Shown piece after piece: positions 1-14,565 of a stretch of DNA of 64,000 nucleotides. A program made the translations under genes and the position numbers. Every line of letters begins with the position of its first letter. Positions within the stretch are counted from its first letter, which is position 1. Origin of the DNA: Salpingoeca rosetta (taxonomy: Eukaryota > Protista > Choanoflagellata); NCBI GenBank assembly GCA_033442325.1, contig JAWQFM010000033.1, forward strand, positions 1-64,000, written 5' to 3'. Below the pieces are notes generated by a model. The model had not been told where the DNA came from, ran no database searches, and worked only from the letters and a program-made list of their open reading frames with translations.

Positions 1-85
1 TCGAAATAGATATTCTATATCTTCCTTCGAGTTTATTATCCTCCGTGTCTCTTCTGTTAGTATCGATGTTCACTCTGCGCGATGA

Positions 86-145
<60 letters not shown>

Positions 146-203
146 CGTGTCAGCAGGTAGCTGCGAGTTTGTTGGTTGTAAAGAAAATCATGCCAGACCT
201 TGG

Positions 204-247
<44 letters not shown>

Positions 248-1449
248 CACGTACTTTAATAGCGGGCGTGGTCTGTGAAAGCAGTGTGAAGGCACCGCGT
301 CTTCCACGCGGGTGCAGAGTTGGCGTGCTCGTGTTACTGTCCGCAACATGTTGCTGATGTTGCTGGTGTTGTTGTTGTTGGGCGCCAGCAGTTGACACTG
401 CCTCTGTGTCCTGGGCTGTGTGGGACGACTGCCCGTTTTGTTGTCGTTGAGTTGTAGCGTGTCCCTGTCGAGCACATGAAATGCCTCCTGGCGTCGTGGG
501 TAGTGGGGAATACAATACATGAGCCATGCGCACGCAATCGGATGCGCGAAGAAACACGATAGTTGCCGCATGCGCTGCGTTGCAATTCATTGCATGCAGA
601 CGGACAGCCATGCACGCACACACACACGCACACGCACAAGCCCATACACAAACCCATCCTCATACGCATACACACACGCATGGGCGAACCTCCTGGGACG
701 ATGCTTGAAAAAGCAAACCGGGCATCCATCACAGACAGCACGTCATTTCCATCGCCTTTTGCAGTGGTGTTGGCGGAGTGGTGTAGCAAGTCGGCAGTGG
801 CACTGGCGCTCGCACCCGTAGTGGGCATCCATGTGACTGGCGGTGCTTGTGCTGCAGGCGCCATTGCAGGGGGCGGAAAGGGTGGCGAGAGTGACGTTGG
901 CGGCTGTGTGGCGGCTTGTGGAGTTACGTGGGCCAACATCGACCTCGCTTGTGCAAACGCATTCATGTTCATGCTCACGTTCATGTTCATGTTCATGGTC
1001 ATGTGCATGCTACGGCTGGCGTGGTACGCTGGCGCCATGTCGATGTAGGGGTTGTTCGTGGGTAGCGGTTGTTGTCGATGGACCTGTGGCAATGCCTGTT
1101 GCTGCTGTTGGTGGTGAGACAACAACTGCTGTTGGTGGTGGTGTTGTTGTTGTTGTTGGAGAAGTTGATACGCATACTGTTGTTGGAGGTGCTGTAGTTG
1201 CTGCCGTTGCTGGTGGTATTGCTGTTGCATCACGGTTGGCGGAAACGTAAGCTGGGGCCAGGGCGAGCCAGGTGCTGTGTTTTGCATGCCTGCAGGCATC
1301 GCTTGCCGTGTCTGAGTTGGGGTCGCGAAATGTGGGGTGGTGATGGCAGATGGTAGCGATGGTGGCCTCATCGTGGTATGCGCAGGCAATGCCGGAACCA
1401 CGCGTTCAGAACCAGCCTGTGCATGTGCCCGTGCTGGTGGGTGCTGCTT

Positions 1450-1522
<73 letters not shown>

Positions 1523-1867
1523 GCATGGGAAGGTGCTGCTGCGATGGTGGTGCGGATTGTCTGGATTGGTGTTGTTGCTGGTGGCGTTGCCAGTGGCGTG
1601 TGCATGTGTGCACGCTTTTTCGGGTTGTCGTCAGCCATATCCGGATCCGCGTGTGTTTCTGACGGCACTTTATGTATCTTTTGGTCCTGTTTCGGAGGCA
1701 AAGGGGCCTCTTGGCCCTCATTTGATGGAATGGGTTGTTCAGTTGAGGACATGGCCTCCACCGACTCAACTGCTCCCTTAGGTGCCTCGTGCTGTGTCGG
1801 CGGCGTTGGTGTTGATAGTTCTGTTGGTATCGGCCGGCTTGGTGCGGTCGCTTGTTGTTGTTGCTGC

Positions 1868-1941
<74 letters not shown>

Positions 1942-2200
1942 TTGTTGTTGTTGTTGTTGTTGTTGTTGATGATGATGATGATGATGTTGTTGTTGTTGTT
2001 GTTTTAGTTGTTCATGTGGAGAATGCTGGGTTGCGTCTGTTAAAAGAGTGGTTGCTGTGTTTTGGTGCAGTGTGGCTGCTGGCAGTTGATCGTGCGGTGG
2101 TGGTGTATGGGACGCGTTAGAGTGCCTTGCATCGTCTTCTGCTGCTAACGGCAACGGTTCGGGCGCACCCACTACCGCATGCACGCCTTCACAGCCGCGA
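1..2200 (-). CDS. Partial multi-exon gene for a low-complexity polyglutamine/Pro-rich protein of unknown function; continues past the left edge
   Basis: Long open frame ~690-2190 with several polyQ tracts (ORF 334..2262). Further exon-like blocks lie at ~255-505 (ending AAA|GTACGT), ~150-200 and 1-76, separated by (GT)n microsatellite introns. No domain recognised; boundaries approximate. Confidence 0.5.
1852..2002 (-). repeat. Coding CAA/CAG trinucleotide tract (polyQ with polyH insert); a second pure (CAA)n tract lies at ~1451-1521
   Basis: (ttg/ctg)n runs on the + strand, in frame with ORF 334..2262. Confidence 0.85.
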
Positions 2201-3986
2201 ATATGATTGCGTGCGTGCGTGAGCATGTGTGAGGGTGTGAGCGTCTGGATGTAACAAAGCACTCAAATACACAAGCACGCAAGCATCTCTACACAGGATC
2301 GACTGCAAGCGAGCATTCGCGCAACCGTGCATGCAAGCAAACAAGGACCCCCAGAAGAAACCCAGAACAAGTAGTGGAAGGACACGAGAGCCACCTTGTG
2401 CCGTTGCTGCTGTGACTGGTTTCATCGGGTGTGGCGCAGACGTCATAGTCGAAGCGCATGTGCGTGTGAGCGTTCGTGCGTTGTGCAGGATACGGAAACT
2501 CCTGCAAGTCGCGGCCACGCAAAGAAAGGCTTGGGGAGAGGGGGAGGAAAGGCGAGCCAAGAAATGAGTGTTACATTCTTGATCAGGGTGGACTTGCTGT
2601 GCACGGTTGGATGGAGACTGTGGCTGGGTGTGCGCAGGCGCATGTTTTTGGGGTCTTTTGTTGTGTCTTGTTGGTGGTGAACAGGTCATGGAGCAGGCAG
2701 CCCGATTGAAACGCACGCGTGCACTTTCACCAGCCTGAGGCAGGAACCAATAAGATGACAACACTTCAGTTTACCTGGTAGCTCTGTCCTCTTGCGTTTG
2801 TGTCCTGTGAGCTGCCCGACCGCAGTTGTCGTTGTTGTGGTTTGATTGTCGAAGACAACAACGCTCGACGCTGCGATGTGGCGCTTTGATGACGTTGTCG
2901 CTGGTGTCTGCTGGTGGTGGTGGTTGTGATGCCACTTCACGACAACCCCGCATCAACTGGCCGCGATTAGGTGTGTTTTGTCCGTTGGTGGGGGTTGTTT
3001 TGTGTTTTGAAGTCAGGGGTTGTTGTTGTTGTGGAGATGGGGGTGGTCGTTGTTGCGCTGGGTTCAAGTTGGGTTGACTTGAGTGTGACTGCTCAGCGCT
3101 TGCTCAGGAAAGGCCGTGTTGTGCCTTGCGCGCTTGTTCTGCCGGTCCGTCAAGTTCAAGCTGGCAAAGGACAGGTGTTCATGAACGACAGGCGAACAGG
3201 AACCGGAGGGAGGGGTGTGAGTAAGCGCTCGAGCCACCCTAACTGCTTGTGACTGGCGCGCAACTGACATGAAAACGAATTGATGACGGCCGCATTGGCT
3301 GTGCTTGCTTTCTTTGCTTGCTGTGCCCGAAAGGTGCAGACAGAACAATCCAGCAGCAGCAACCAGGATTCCTTTGGTCTTCCTTTTGTTCTTGGCGCTT
3401 CTTCCTTTTGTGCCTTTGATGATCATTCGTGCAGGCCAAAGAAGGACAAGCACAAGCACAACACCAGCCACCGCGACAACAACAGCACAACAGCAACACG
3501 GCAGTTGTGGGAACGAGCGAACGAACAACAGCAACGAAAGAGGAAGTGGCGGACGCAAGCAAGCAAGCAAGGAAAGGAAAACAAGGAAAACAAGGAAAAC
3601 GCTTAATCGCGGCCGGTTGGGCAAAGTGTGTGGTGATTCGTTGTGTTTGTGGGGGGATTTGTGCAAGGAAGATCTGCGTTTCGGGTCAAAGTGGTGGACT
3701 TCGGTTGAAGCAACGCATCTTGCTCTCTTGCTTGCAAGCACAACGATGGACCGTTGTGCAGGTTGTTGGAATAAGTGTTTCGAGTGGTGGCGAAGTAAGA
3801 AACAAAAAAAGAATGATTCGATGCAGATTTACTTTTCTGCTGACTCATCGCTTCGATGGATGGAGCAGGGAAATGTGGTCGAAATCATTCACTGATGTTC
3901 GTCGGTGTTGTTGCTGGAGGCCAACAAAACAACACTCCACAGACAACAGCGACGACAGCGACGACAGCGACAGCGACAGGAGGAGG

Positions 3987-4192
3987 ATGGCCGGGCAAGG
4001 CGAGGAGGGCAAGCAGGGAGGAGGCCGGGAGCAGCAGCCGCAGCAGCCGCAGCAGCAGCAGCAGCCGCAGCAGCACCACCATCATCAAGAAGCGAGGGGG
4101 AGAAAGCACCTGCCACTGGGCATCCGCGCTATTGATGCCTGTGTTGGGGGCCGTGACATCTCTCGCGAAGCCAAGATCAGAAAGCTTCGCAG
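3987..4192 (+). CDS. Possible first exon of an unidentified gene (MAGQGEEGKQ...REAKIRKLRR)
   Basis: ATG, coding-like composition, ends at CGCAG|GTGCGT donor. Downstream sequence is lost in microsatellite and gap. Confidence 0.25.
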
Positions 4193-4427
4193 GTGCGTGG
4201 TGTGATGATGGCGGGGCTGTGGTGGATGTGGTGATGGGGGTGGTGGTGGTGGGTGTGACGTGTGTGACGTGTGCGTCATACCTGCCCTCTGTCTCTCTCT
4301 CTCTCTGTCTATCTCTCTCTGTCTATCTCTCTCTGTCTCTTTGAACGTGGAGTGGAGATTGCTTGGTGGTGGTGGTGTCGTGGTTTTGTTGGTGCCTGAT
4401 CCCATTTCACGCATCAACCATGACACA

Positions 4428-4504
<77 letters not shown>

Positions 4505-4604
4505 NNNNNNNNNNNNNNNNNNNNNNNNNNNNNNNNNNNNNNNNNNNNNNNNNNNNNNNNNNNNNNNNNNNNNNNNNNNNNNNNNNNNNNNNNNNNNNNN
4601 NNNN
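4505..4604. other. Assembly gap (100 N)
   Basis: N run following a (CA)n tract. Confidence 0.99.
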
Positions 4605-7600
4605 GCCATGGGTTCCAACACACAGCCTGCACTTCCCCTGCACAAGCGTCCATGTGCTTGTGTGCGGCGGATGACGAAGAGGGAAGAGGGAAGGGAGCAG
4701 AAGAAGAAGCAACGGAGACATGGGGAGGTGCGTGAGCACAGACGATGGTGATGGGCGCACACGACGTGGTTATGGTGAACACACACACACACACACACAG
4801 ACACAGCGAAGCAGCAACGCACAACAGACACAACAAACACAAACAGGGGGGAACAAGAACAAGCAGTAGCGCAACACACACATACACACCAAGGGAAGGA
4901 CAGCAGCCAGCCAGCATCCAACACCCCATACATCCACTGGTCCATCCGTGCACCAGTGGTGGTGGCAGCAGAGGGAGAGAAGGAAGAGTGTGCCCTGCCT
5001 GCCTGCCTGCCTGCCTTGCCTGTGTGAGGATGTGTGCCTGCAAACTCACTCACTGTGTGTGTCTGTGTCTGCGTGTGTGTGTCACCATCCAAACACACAG
5101 GTGTATGACGGAGGGAAGCAAGCAGCCACCACCACACACACACACACAGAGTGTGAATCACAAGCAGACACAGCATGAACGACTTGCACAAAATCACGCA
5201 TGCAAGTGCAACGCACCGTGAGGTGGCATCAGACTGCCTGTCAGCGTGTGTATGTGCGTGTGTGTTCACATGTGCGTGTGTGTTGATGCAGCCCACCATC
5301 CCTCTCTGTGTGCGTGTGAGCTAAATGCATCCACAGCAGCAGGAGTGCGTGTGAGATCACAACACCCACCACAGCCACGTCCACCTCTCCCTCCTCCACA
5401 ACACACACAACACGCACCGACACAGCAGTCAATCCAATTGACAGAACTCACCCAAACTCACGGTGCCAGCGTGCCATGGGCCTGTGCAGCACATATGTCA
5501 GCCTCACCGACTGTGGGCAACGCCTTGCATGCCTTTGGCCCTGCACACATCCATGGTGTGGGCGCTGTTGTGCGTGTTCTCTGCTTGCACCTGTTCACCA
5601 TCACACCATCACCCACCACATCCCACACAATCCATGGAACCAAACGAGACCACCCACAACAGGACCGCCAGTGAGTGCCCGTCACAACGCGCACCCTCTT
5701 CCTCCTCTCCACCAACACTGTGCCAGCCACGCACACGAACAATGCAAGCCACCACCCACTCAAACACGCACGCACCTTGATTCGCGTTTCGTCTGCTGCT
5801 TGTTGCGTTTGTGTTAGTCTTGTTGGTTCGTGTCTGGACGATTTGTGGAAGATGCCACAAATAATCGCCCACTGCTGCGGCAACTGCTGTTTGCTTTCTG
5901 CGTTTGCTTGTTGAAGGGCGGACTTGCTTGCTTTGCTGGTTGGTTGGTTGGTTGGTTTCAATGAGACAAGAAGAAGGAGAAGGGGAAGGAGGGGAAGGAG
6001 GGCACTGTGTGTGCGAATGCAACGCAGGCTCACAGGCCTTGCAGGCTGGGAGAAGGGGAGAAGAGAAGGGGAGAAGAAAGAGGGGATGGAAAAGAAGAAG
6101 CAACAAACACACACGCACACACACAGCTGTGGACAGCATGCATCCCCTCCCCTCTCCTCCCCTTCTTCTCTCTTCTTCGCTTCCTCCTCCTCCCTTCTCA
6201 CAGTCACAACAGACAACCACCAGCCACACAAAGGGCTGGAAGAGAAAACAAACAAGGGGAGGGGGGCAACAGCCACCCAGCCAGATCGCCATGGAAGCAA
6301 GAGGCGAGGCGATGGAGGGGGGGGGGAAAGGAGAACACCGTTCATCAACATGCACGCACACACATCTGTTGGGAGCACAACGTCTTCTGTCCTTGCTCCC
6401 CCTCTTCCTTTCCTTGGCCTGGGTTGAGTTGGGTTGGTTGAGGTGGCACAGCTCGCCATGGCGTGGCATGCGTGTGTGTTGGTGTGGGTTTGGATGTGGA
6501 TGGGTTCCTCTCTGCGTGTGTGAAAAGGGGGTTGGTGGGAAACAGTGGAATGGATGGCAGTCGCAGAGAGGAGGAGGAGGAAGAAGAAGAAGCAAGGGGT
6601 GGATGTGAGCATGCCGTGCATGAGTGGACAACAACAACACATGGGGTGGAATGATGATGATGTGCTTGGGGTTGTACGTAGTTGTGATGGCACAAGCACA
6701 AAGGTTAACCACACACAATCACACACACACACCTCGTCGTCGATCAACGCAGCTGCCTGACATATGCGCACACGCGCACACACATATGCAGTCACACACA
6801 CATAGTCACACATGGCATTGCAGAGTGAGACGGTGCACCGTGCACACGCATACACAGCACAGCAATGCAACCACAACCACCACAACCACCACAACGACGA
6901 CATCTCTCCCCATCTCCATCCCCCAAAATGCACGGTCACATGACCAGGCGCACAGCCGTGGTGGTGATGATGGCCATGATGAACGCCTTCCTCCCAACTT
7001 CCCTCAACCCCTTTCTACCAAACACACACCATTGCGTGCCCTCACCTCATGCATCGTGTTGCTGTCAGCGTGGTTGATGGCGATGCACACACATGCATGC
7101 GCACACACATGGCCGTGTGTGTCCCCACTTGAGATGAGCAACGGAGAGAGATATGGGCGACACGACACGATGGCCAGTCATCCCCAGCCAATCCAATCCA
7201 GCATCCACTGCCGTGTGTTGCCTGCTGCAGTTATCATCACAAACAATCACAATCACAATCACAGGTGCAAGCAAAAGGAATAAGCCACTGATATGTGTGT
7301 CATTGTCATGTGATACCACCAATACACGATATTATGTGCATGCATGTGCACACGCACCCCCATCTCCCAACCAACATCATCACCCTGCCATCACCCCCCT
7401 CCCTCTCCCTCCGTTCGCTCTGCACTCCCACATCGCACCACCATCACCACCACCACCATCACCGTGACGCTTCCCCCTTTGCCCAACACAGCCCACAACC
7501 AACCAACCAACCGCCAACGATTATCCTCACCTGTGCTTGATGCAGCGAGACAGCCAGCCGATGTGCCATAGCGAAGCCAGAAAAAGGGAGCGCAGTCACA

Positions 7601-8301
7601 TGCCACGGCCACCATCGTCATCGCTGATGGAGCAGAAAGAGGAGATGAAGGGGGAAGAGTGGTGGGCACGGGCCGTGTCCTTCCTTGTCTTCATCGGTGC
7701 AGCCCCAAACACGGTGCACAGCGCACATGCACACGCACGGCCATCATCACAGCACCACCACCACCAGCAGCAGCGACAGCAAGATGCCTGCGTGCCTGTG
7801 AGGCAAGAAGAAACCAACCAGAGACGAACAACAATGACCGGTGACGGTGAGGACACGAAAGGAGGGACACAAGGGACCACGCATGGCAATATGCAGCTTG
7901 TTGTGGGCGGGTGCACCAGATACACACAAGAACAACGAAGCAAGCACCCAACAATCAAGCAGGCAAACACGCGATATCACATTCACCATATCCACCACTG
8001 CTGAAATACCTGTGTTGGCCGCTGTCTCGATCACGTCTCAACAGCTCCACATCACATGGGAAAGGCTGATGATGATGATGACACAGAGCAAAGGCGATTG
8101 GTTGGAAAAAGAAGAAGGGGATTCGGTTGGGGAAACCCGCACACGTCCGCCTGCAGCCACGCACACACATTGAATTGTGTGATTGATTCATGTGAGGCAC
8201 ACGTCAGTGCAACCACCCCACAGCCGATGCCTGCTCGGGTGTGTTGGCATGCATGTGTACATGCGTGTGCACGTGCGTGCGTATGTGTACTACCACCCCA
8301 T

Positions 8302-8343
<42 letters not shown>

Positions 8344-11300
8344 CCCCAACGTCTCACCTGGTGCCTTCTTCTCTGGCACATTTGTGTGTGCGTGCGTGTA
8401 TCGCCCTGGTCGTGTCATGAGGACTTGGGAAGAGAACGGCCTCCGTCCTGTGCAAATCACACACATGTACACATGCGCAAGCACAAACAACAAATCAGCA
8501 AGCAGAACACCACGCAGTGAGCCAGCATGGCAGAAACAAACCGCATCCACCTCCTTTGCCACATTCACATCACTCACATCACCACATGTGCACGCACATG
8601 TCACATCCCTACACAGACACCGCCACCATAAGCACCACCACAAGCACATCTGCACATGCGTGTGCGTGCACCGTCCACATCCACCACAAATCACTCACCA
8701 CCATCATCGTCAACGTCATGTGAGGCAACGGCACATAGACGCACATCACACCCTGTACGTGAGCGTGTGGAGAAAGAGGTGAGTTGTCACAGAATCCGGC
8801 TTTCAACGACAACAGCATCCATTGCCAGCACCAACAGACCCAACGACATCCCACCAGCACTTCACAATCACATCTACACATGCTGGTGTTCACACCCAAC
8901 ACATCACACGCCACCCACATCACCACAACCACAACCACCATCATTCATCTCACCTCCACATCCATGGCCGCAGCCGCTGCTGTTGGTGACCAGTGACGAG
9001 GAGGAGGAGCAGGAGATGGACGAGAGGCAGAGGGCCAGTTCATCCACAATGCAGCCAGCCATCAGCTGTTGCTGCCGGTGTTGGTGGTGGTGGAAAGGGT
9101 GAAAACAACGGCCCCTTGCCACGCCGTGTCCTTTGCTCGCTCGCTCGGCTGCTTGGTTGGTCGGTTGGATGGAGATGGAATACATGGGCCTGTGTCCAAG
9201 TCAATCGAAAAAAAGGGGGGAGAAGAAAGACACATGAGTGAACAGAACAGACAAAGAAAGAGGGAAGCGAAGAAGGACACACAACATGTCAACCATACAC
9301 GCGCACACACACACACACATCTCAGTCGCCCTCTCACCTTCAGCACTCGTCATCGTCATCGTCGTTGGTTCCACAGCTTCATGTGCCTCCTCAACGCTGT
9401 GGTGTGTGTGTGTGTGCACAGACACAAGAAGAGGAGAATGCAGGGGGGGGAGGTTGACAGCGAAGCATCATCAACCACACGCCAGTCTCATCCAGCCACG
9501 CGCACTGATACACAACCACACGCACACGCGCATGTTGTCCCCACTCATCCCCACCACACACGCACACACGCGCATTGCTCACGTCTTCGTCAGAGCGAGT
9601 GACATGTGCAATGTCTGCCTCACGCCTGATTGGAGCTGGTGTCGGCCGGAGTGTGATGGCGGCTGTGCAGTCGATGGCGATGATGGCGATGATGGTGACG
9701 GCCGAGCTGAGGTGGAAGAGAGAAAAAGGAGAGCGAAATGGGGGAAGGGTTGATGTTGATGATGATGATGTGTCGTTCATGGCGGCTTCTTCTCCCCTCC
9801 TCTGATGTGGCCCTGGTGCCCATGCAACCAACACACAACGACAAGACACAACGATACCATCACACACAAGGCACGGGTATGGCATGTGAGCACAGCAAGC
9901 GTGTTCACCTTCCTGCTGGCCCCTCTCTTTTGCTTTCCTCCTCCTCGTCCCCATCACACACACACACACACATACACACGCATCTGCACATGACTGCGTC
10001 ACTGTGGTTGGATGTGCCCACCATGACCATGGACGTGCGTGCCCACAGCTGCTCCTCCCATTCCATCATGTGTGCACCGCCCATCATCATCCTCCAACGA
10101 TCCTCAGGCAGTCGCTCCCCTGCAGCCACAAGCACACACGCATGGCATGTGAGTCGCACAGCTACACTGTTGCACGAGACACAGCAGCAGCAACACCAAG
10201 CACACCCAGAGCAGCAACAACAACACATGCGCCATACGCCAACCAAAGCATGCATGATGGGCTCACCTTGCCTTGCTGACATGTGGGAACACTGCATGAG
10301 TACAACAGCGACAGCTGAATCGGGAAAGTTGCAGCAGCAGCATCCGGCATGCGAGCCCGCTTCCACCAACATCCTGATGTGTGCTGGTACCTCACCACCT
10401 GTGCATATGTGTGTGTGTGTATGTGCGTGGTTGCGGGCAGCGTGGATGGGAACAGAACACAACAGACACAGAGCAAGCCATCACGTCAGCACAGCAGAAG
10501 AAGTGAGTGACATCACACGCAACACGGGCGTGCGTGTGTGTGTCAGTGTATGTGACCATCATCCCCCATCAACCCTCTTCCCCTCGTTCGCTTCACCACA
10601 CTCCATCACCACACTCCATCACACACACACAACCAACCACACATCACCACCCACATACCATGTGTGAGGCGAGTGCAGCTGGCATGCGTGACAAGTATCC
10701 TCGACATTTCCCTCATCTTGCTGCCTGTAAGTGTGCATGGCCTGTAAGTGTGTTTGTGTGCGAGCACCAGCATGGTGAGCGAGTGGGAGGGAAGAGGGAG
10801 AATTGATATGTGCGCAGCTACACTGCTGCTGCCACTGCAGATGCTGCGCATGCATTTGTGTGTGAAGAAGAAAGGGAAGAGAGAGAAAACAGAAAACAGA
10901 AGGGAAGGAACAAGACATGCTGCAACCCATTCCATCCATCCATCCCTCTTCCTCACACCACACACCACCGTCCTCTGTCACCAGCCAGTCAGCCACACCC
11001 CACCACACCGCACTCACCCAGCATCCCCCAACCACCCCATCCATCCATCCACCCAACACACATCTCCTCTCCGTTTCCCCTCTTCTTCTCATCCTCACCT
11101 CTGCTGCTGCTTCCAGCCGAAAATGCAACTTGTGCTGTCGCCACCTGTTACCAGCAGCAAACAGCCAGCTTCTGCCAGCAGCAGCAGCGGGCGATGGGTT
11201 GGTTGGTTGGTTGGTTGGCTGGTTGGTTGGTTGGGGGATGTGTTCAGCAGCAAGTGGTGGTGGTGCATTCTCTGCTGCTGCTGCTGCATCGGCGGTGGAG

Positions 11301-13282
11301 GGTGTGTTGGCTGCTGCTGCTGTTGTTGTTGTTGTGATGGCCGTCAGGGAGGGCGAGAAAGAGAGGGGAATATAAGCAGCAGCTGCAAGGTGGAGAATGT
11401 GCAGGTGTGCAAGCAGTTGTGTGTGAGAACGACGAATGAGACAGCGCATCAAGCAAGGCAAAACAGGCAGCCGCACGACACACATGCATGCACATTGATG
11501 TGGGACAACAAGGGGAGACAGGAGCAGCAGAGACAGCGACCACAAAACACGCACACTGGTGCTGTGCGCATCATACACATGCACATGCGGTGGTGCACTC
11601 ACGTTGCTCATCGCTTGCTTGTTTGTGGTGTGAGTTGGTGTTGCTGCTTCCACAGCCGCACAAGGGTGGCTGGATGGTCATCACATGGCAGCGCCCGTCT
11701 GTTCATCCCACCAGAGCAGTGGTGGTTGGTTGGTGGAGGGGGAGGGCTGCTGGTTCAAGGGCCCTCTATGTGGCGACAGCAGAAAGGAAGGAGAACGAAA
11801 CAAGCGTGGAGGGTGGTGGTGGTGGTGAGGATGGGAAGGAGGGAAGGACGTGAGCAAACACACAAGAAAATGAGGAGGCGGCGGTGATGATGGCGTGTGT
11901 GGTGGGTGGAGAAGAGAACACGCACGTCGAGACACACACACACACACACATGCACACACACACCACACACACCTGTCTGGGTGATGCAGTGGTTGGATTA
12001 CCATTCATCCATCAGCATGTAGTCATTTGTTGGTTGGTTGGTGGGGGTCGCCCACTGCCTCACGCATCAGCCAGCACCTGCTGCTGCTGCTGCTGCTGAT
12101 GATGATGATGGAATACATTCATCTGCACGCACCACCACAAACAAGCAAGCAACAGCAGTGAGCAGCGTGAAACACAGGCAGAGAGGAGGAGACAGAACGA
12201 AGGAGGAGGATGAGAAGGAACACAACACCGTGCACACACGCACACACATTGGCTGTGATGGTGGTTGATGCCTTTCCCCCCTCTCTCATGTGTGTGCTGC
12301 TCACTGGTTGAGAGGTGGCATGCTCCATTCTCAGGGCCGCTGCATGTCGGTGGCTGATGGCAGTCGTTGTTCTGTCACCACACAACGGTGAGCAAGTGTG
12401 TGAGTGTGAGTATGTGCATTTGTGAGTGCCACACGCAGTGGTGTGTTGGTTGTGATCCAACCACCCGTGTGAGGATTGATTGATGGTGGTTCACCTGTGT
12501 GTGTGTGTGTGTGTGCACGATGACAGCGTACGCTGTGTTGTTGTTGTTGATGGTGGTGGTGGTGGTTGTTGCTGTGCGCAGTGTGCAAGAAGGAGAAGGG
12601 GAAGAGGAGGAGCACGGAGTGGGAGGAAGAAGTGGGAGCACTCCATCTCACCCTCACCTGTCGATGGATGGGTCATTCATGTGGTCGTTGGTTGGTTGGT
12701 TGGTTGGTTGGTTGGTTGGTTGTGCGTGGTGCATCACAGGAGAAGGAAATGGACAACGATGGATGGATGGAAGGGAGAAGGGGAGAAGGGGAGAGACGGT
12801 GCGCACACCCTCCCTGCACATGTGTGTGCATGTGTGTGTGTGCGTGTGAATGTGTCAGCGAGAAGGACGACGAAGGGAAGGAACGGAAGGAAGGAAGGAA
12901 GGAAGGAAGAGAAGGAACGTGGCACGCACAACCACCAATGTGTGTGTGTGTGTGCACGAACCAATGACACATCCCCCACCTCACCTCACCTCACCTCACC
13001 TCACCTCATCTCACCTGCTTGTCAGCAGCAGCGACGACGACCATGATCACCATCACCATTCCCACCACCATCACCATCACACACACAGCTGCTGCGCAGA
13101 AGAAGAAGAATGGAGCAACCGCGAGTGGATTGGTTGGTTGGTTGTTTGGTTGGAATGCAGAATCGGTTGTTTGCTCGTTTCTGCTTGCTGCTGGTGGGTT
13201 TTTGGTGTGTGTGGGATTTTCCTCTTCTTCTTGCTTGCTTGCTGGCTCTGCGTTGATAAATTGCTTGCCTTTCACCGCTCTC

Positions 13283-13374
13283 GGCAACGCTCATACCAAC
13301 GGGATCACGCCCGCTCTCGTCCGATCGCGGAAGCTAAGCCCGTTTGGGCCCGTTCAGTACTGCCGTGGGTGACC
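13283..13374 (+). rRNA. 5S rRNA: 5S rRNA gene, nucleotides 1-92, truncated by a gap
   Basis: GGCAACGCTCATACCAACGGGATCACGCCCGCTCTCGTCCGATCGCGGAAGCTAAGCCCGTTTGGGCCCGTTCAGTACTGCCGTGGGTGACC aligns without gaps to eukaryotic 5S. Box A (AGCTAAGC) and box C (GTGGGTGACC) are at canonical positions. Helix II (AACGGG/CCCGTT) and helix III (CCGC/GCGG) can pair. A TATA-like GATAAA lies ~25-30 nt upstream. Confidence 0.93.
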
Positions 13375-13474
13375 NNNNNNNNNNNNNNNNNNNNNNNNNN
13401 NNNNNNNNNNNNNNNNNNNNNNNNNNNNNNNNNNNNNNNNNNNNNNNNNNNNNNNNNNNNNNNNNNNNNNNNNN
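13375..13474. other. Assembly gap (100 N)
   Basis: N run interrupting the 5S gene. Confidence 0.99.
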
Positions 13475-14118
13475 CACACCGTCTGCAGTGCCCACTTGGC
13501 TCAATCGGTTTGCAGACTGTTAATGGTGGTCGTGTCAACCACTGCTGCTGTCACTGCTGTTGCTATTGTCACTGCTGTTGCTGTTGTTGATGGGCTGATG
13601 ATGGGCACAGAGGTGGCGGGAGTTGTATCAAAGGGAGGGATGCCGTGGATGAGGCCGTTGTTGATGACGACGCCACCAAACCCCAATCGCAGTTGCCAGT
13701 GCCCTGCCGAGTGCATCTTGGATGCTGTTGCCGGACGGTGGGCTGACCGACTGTGTTTTGTGGCTTGTGTCACGCATGTATGCAAACGGGCCCAAGAAGG
13801 AGACCTGCTTGTGGTTGTTCACTGCCTGCTGGCTGGCTTGCTTGCCATGCACTTGTCGTGCTTTTGTCCCGGTCGCAAGCAGCACAGCAGTTGTTACCCC
13901 CTTCCCTTTCGTTCCTCCACGCAGAGCACTGCTCCTTGTCAAGCCGTTCGCCCCTGCGTGTGTGTGCATGTGCACGTCTGTGCGTCTGCCTGTGCGTGCG
14001 TGTGCGTGTGCCTTCCATCACACAGCAGTGAACCCCTTTCATCAACAAAGCAGAAAGTGCTGACTCGGCACAATTGTGTTTGTGTTTGTGTTTTGTGGGG
14101 AAGAAGACAAGAAGGAAG

Positions 14119-14483
14119 ATGCGTGACAGCACTGCTGTGGTTGGTGGCCGTGGCTGTGAGCGTCGTCCAAGCTCAAGTCCGATGCACCAACCTCCAAGAT
14201 CAAGGTGTGAGTGTGTGTTTGTGAAACGAGTTGCGTGCTTATTCCCTCGTCCCATCGCTGCTCTCACTGACCAACACCTCTTCCCCCCCCCCACACTCGC
14301 ACACTTGCACACGCCGCGCTGACAATCAAGACGTTTGCGTTTGCTGGCAACATGGCGCAGGCGTCCATGACGCGTGAGGCGTGTGCCACGCTTCTGCTAC
14401 ACCTTCACTCAAGTGCCGTTGAGTACAGCTACCAATGCTTCTTCTGCGAACACCCAAGCTGAATGCCCTCGCGCAGTCTCGGC

Positions 14484-14565
<82 letters not shown>

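Noticed and set aside
45-13300. Hundreds of short ORFs rich in CVCVCV/HTHTHT, here and throughout the window
   Set aside because: These are translations of (GT)n/(CA)n microsatellites, which lack stop codons; they are not protein coding.
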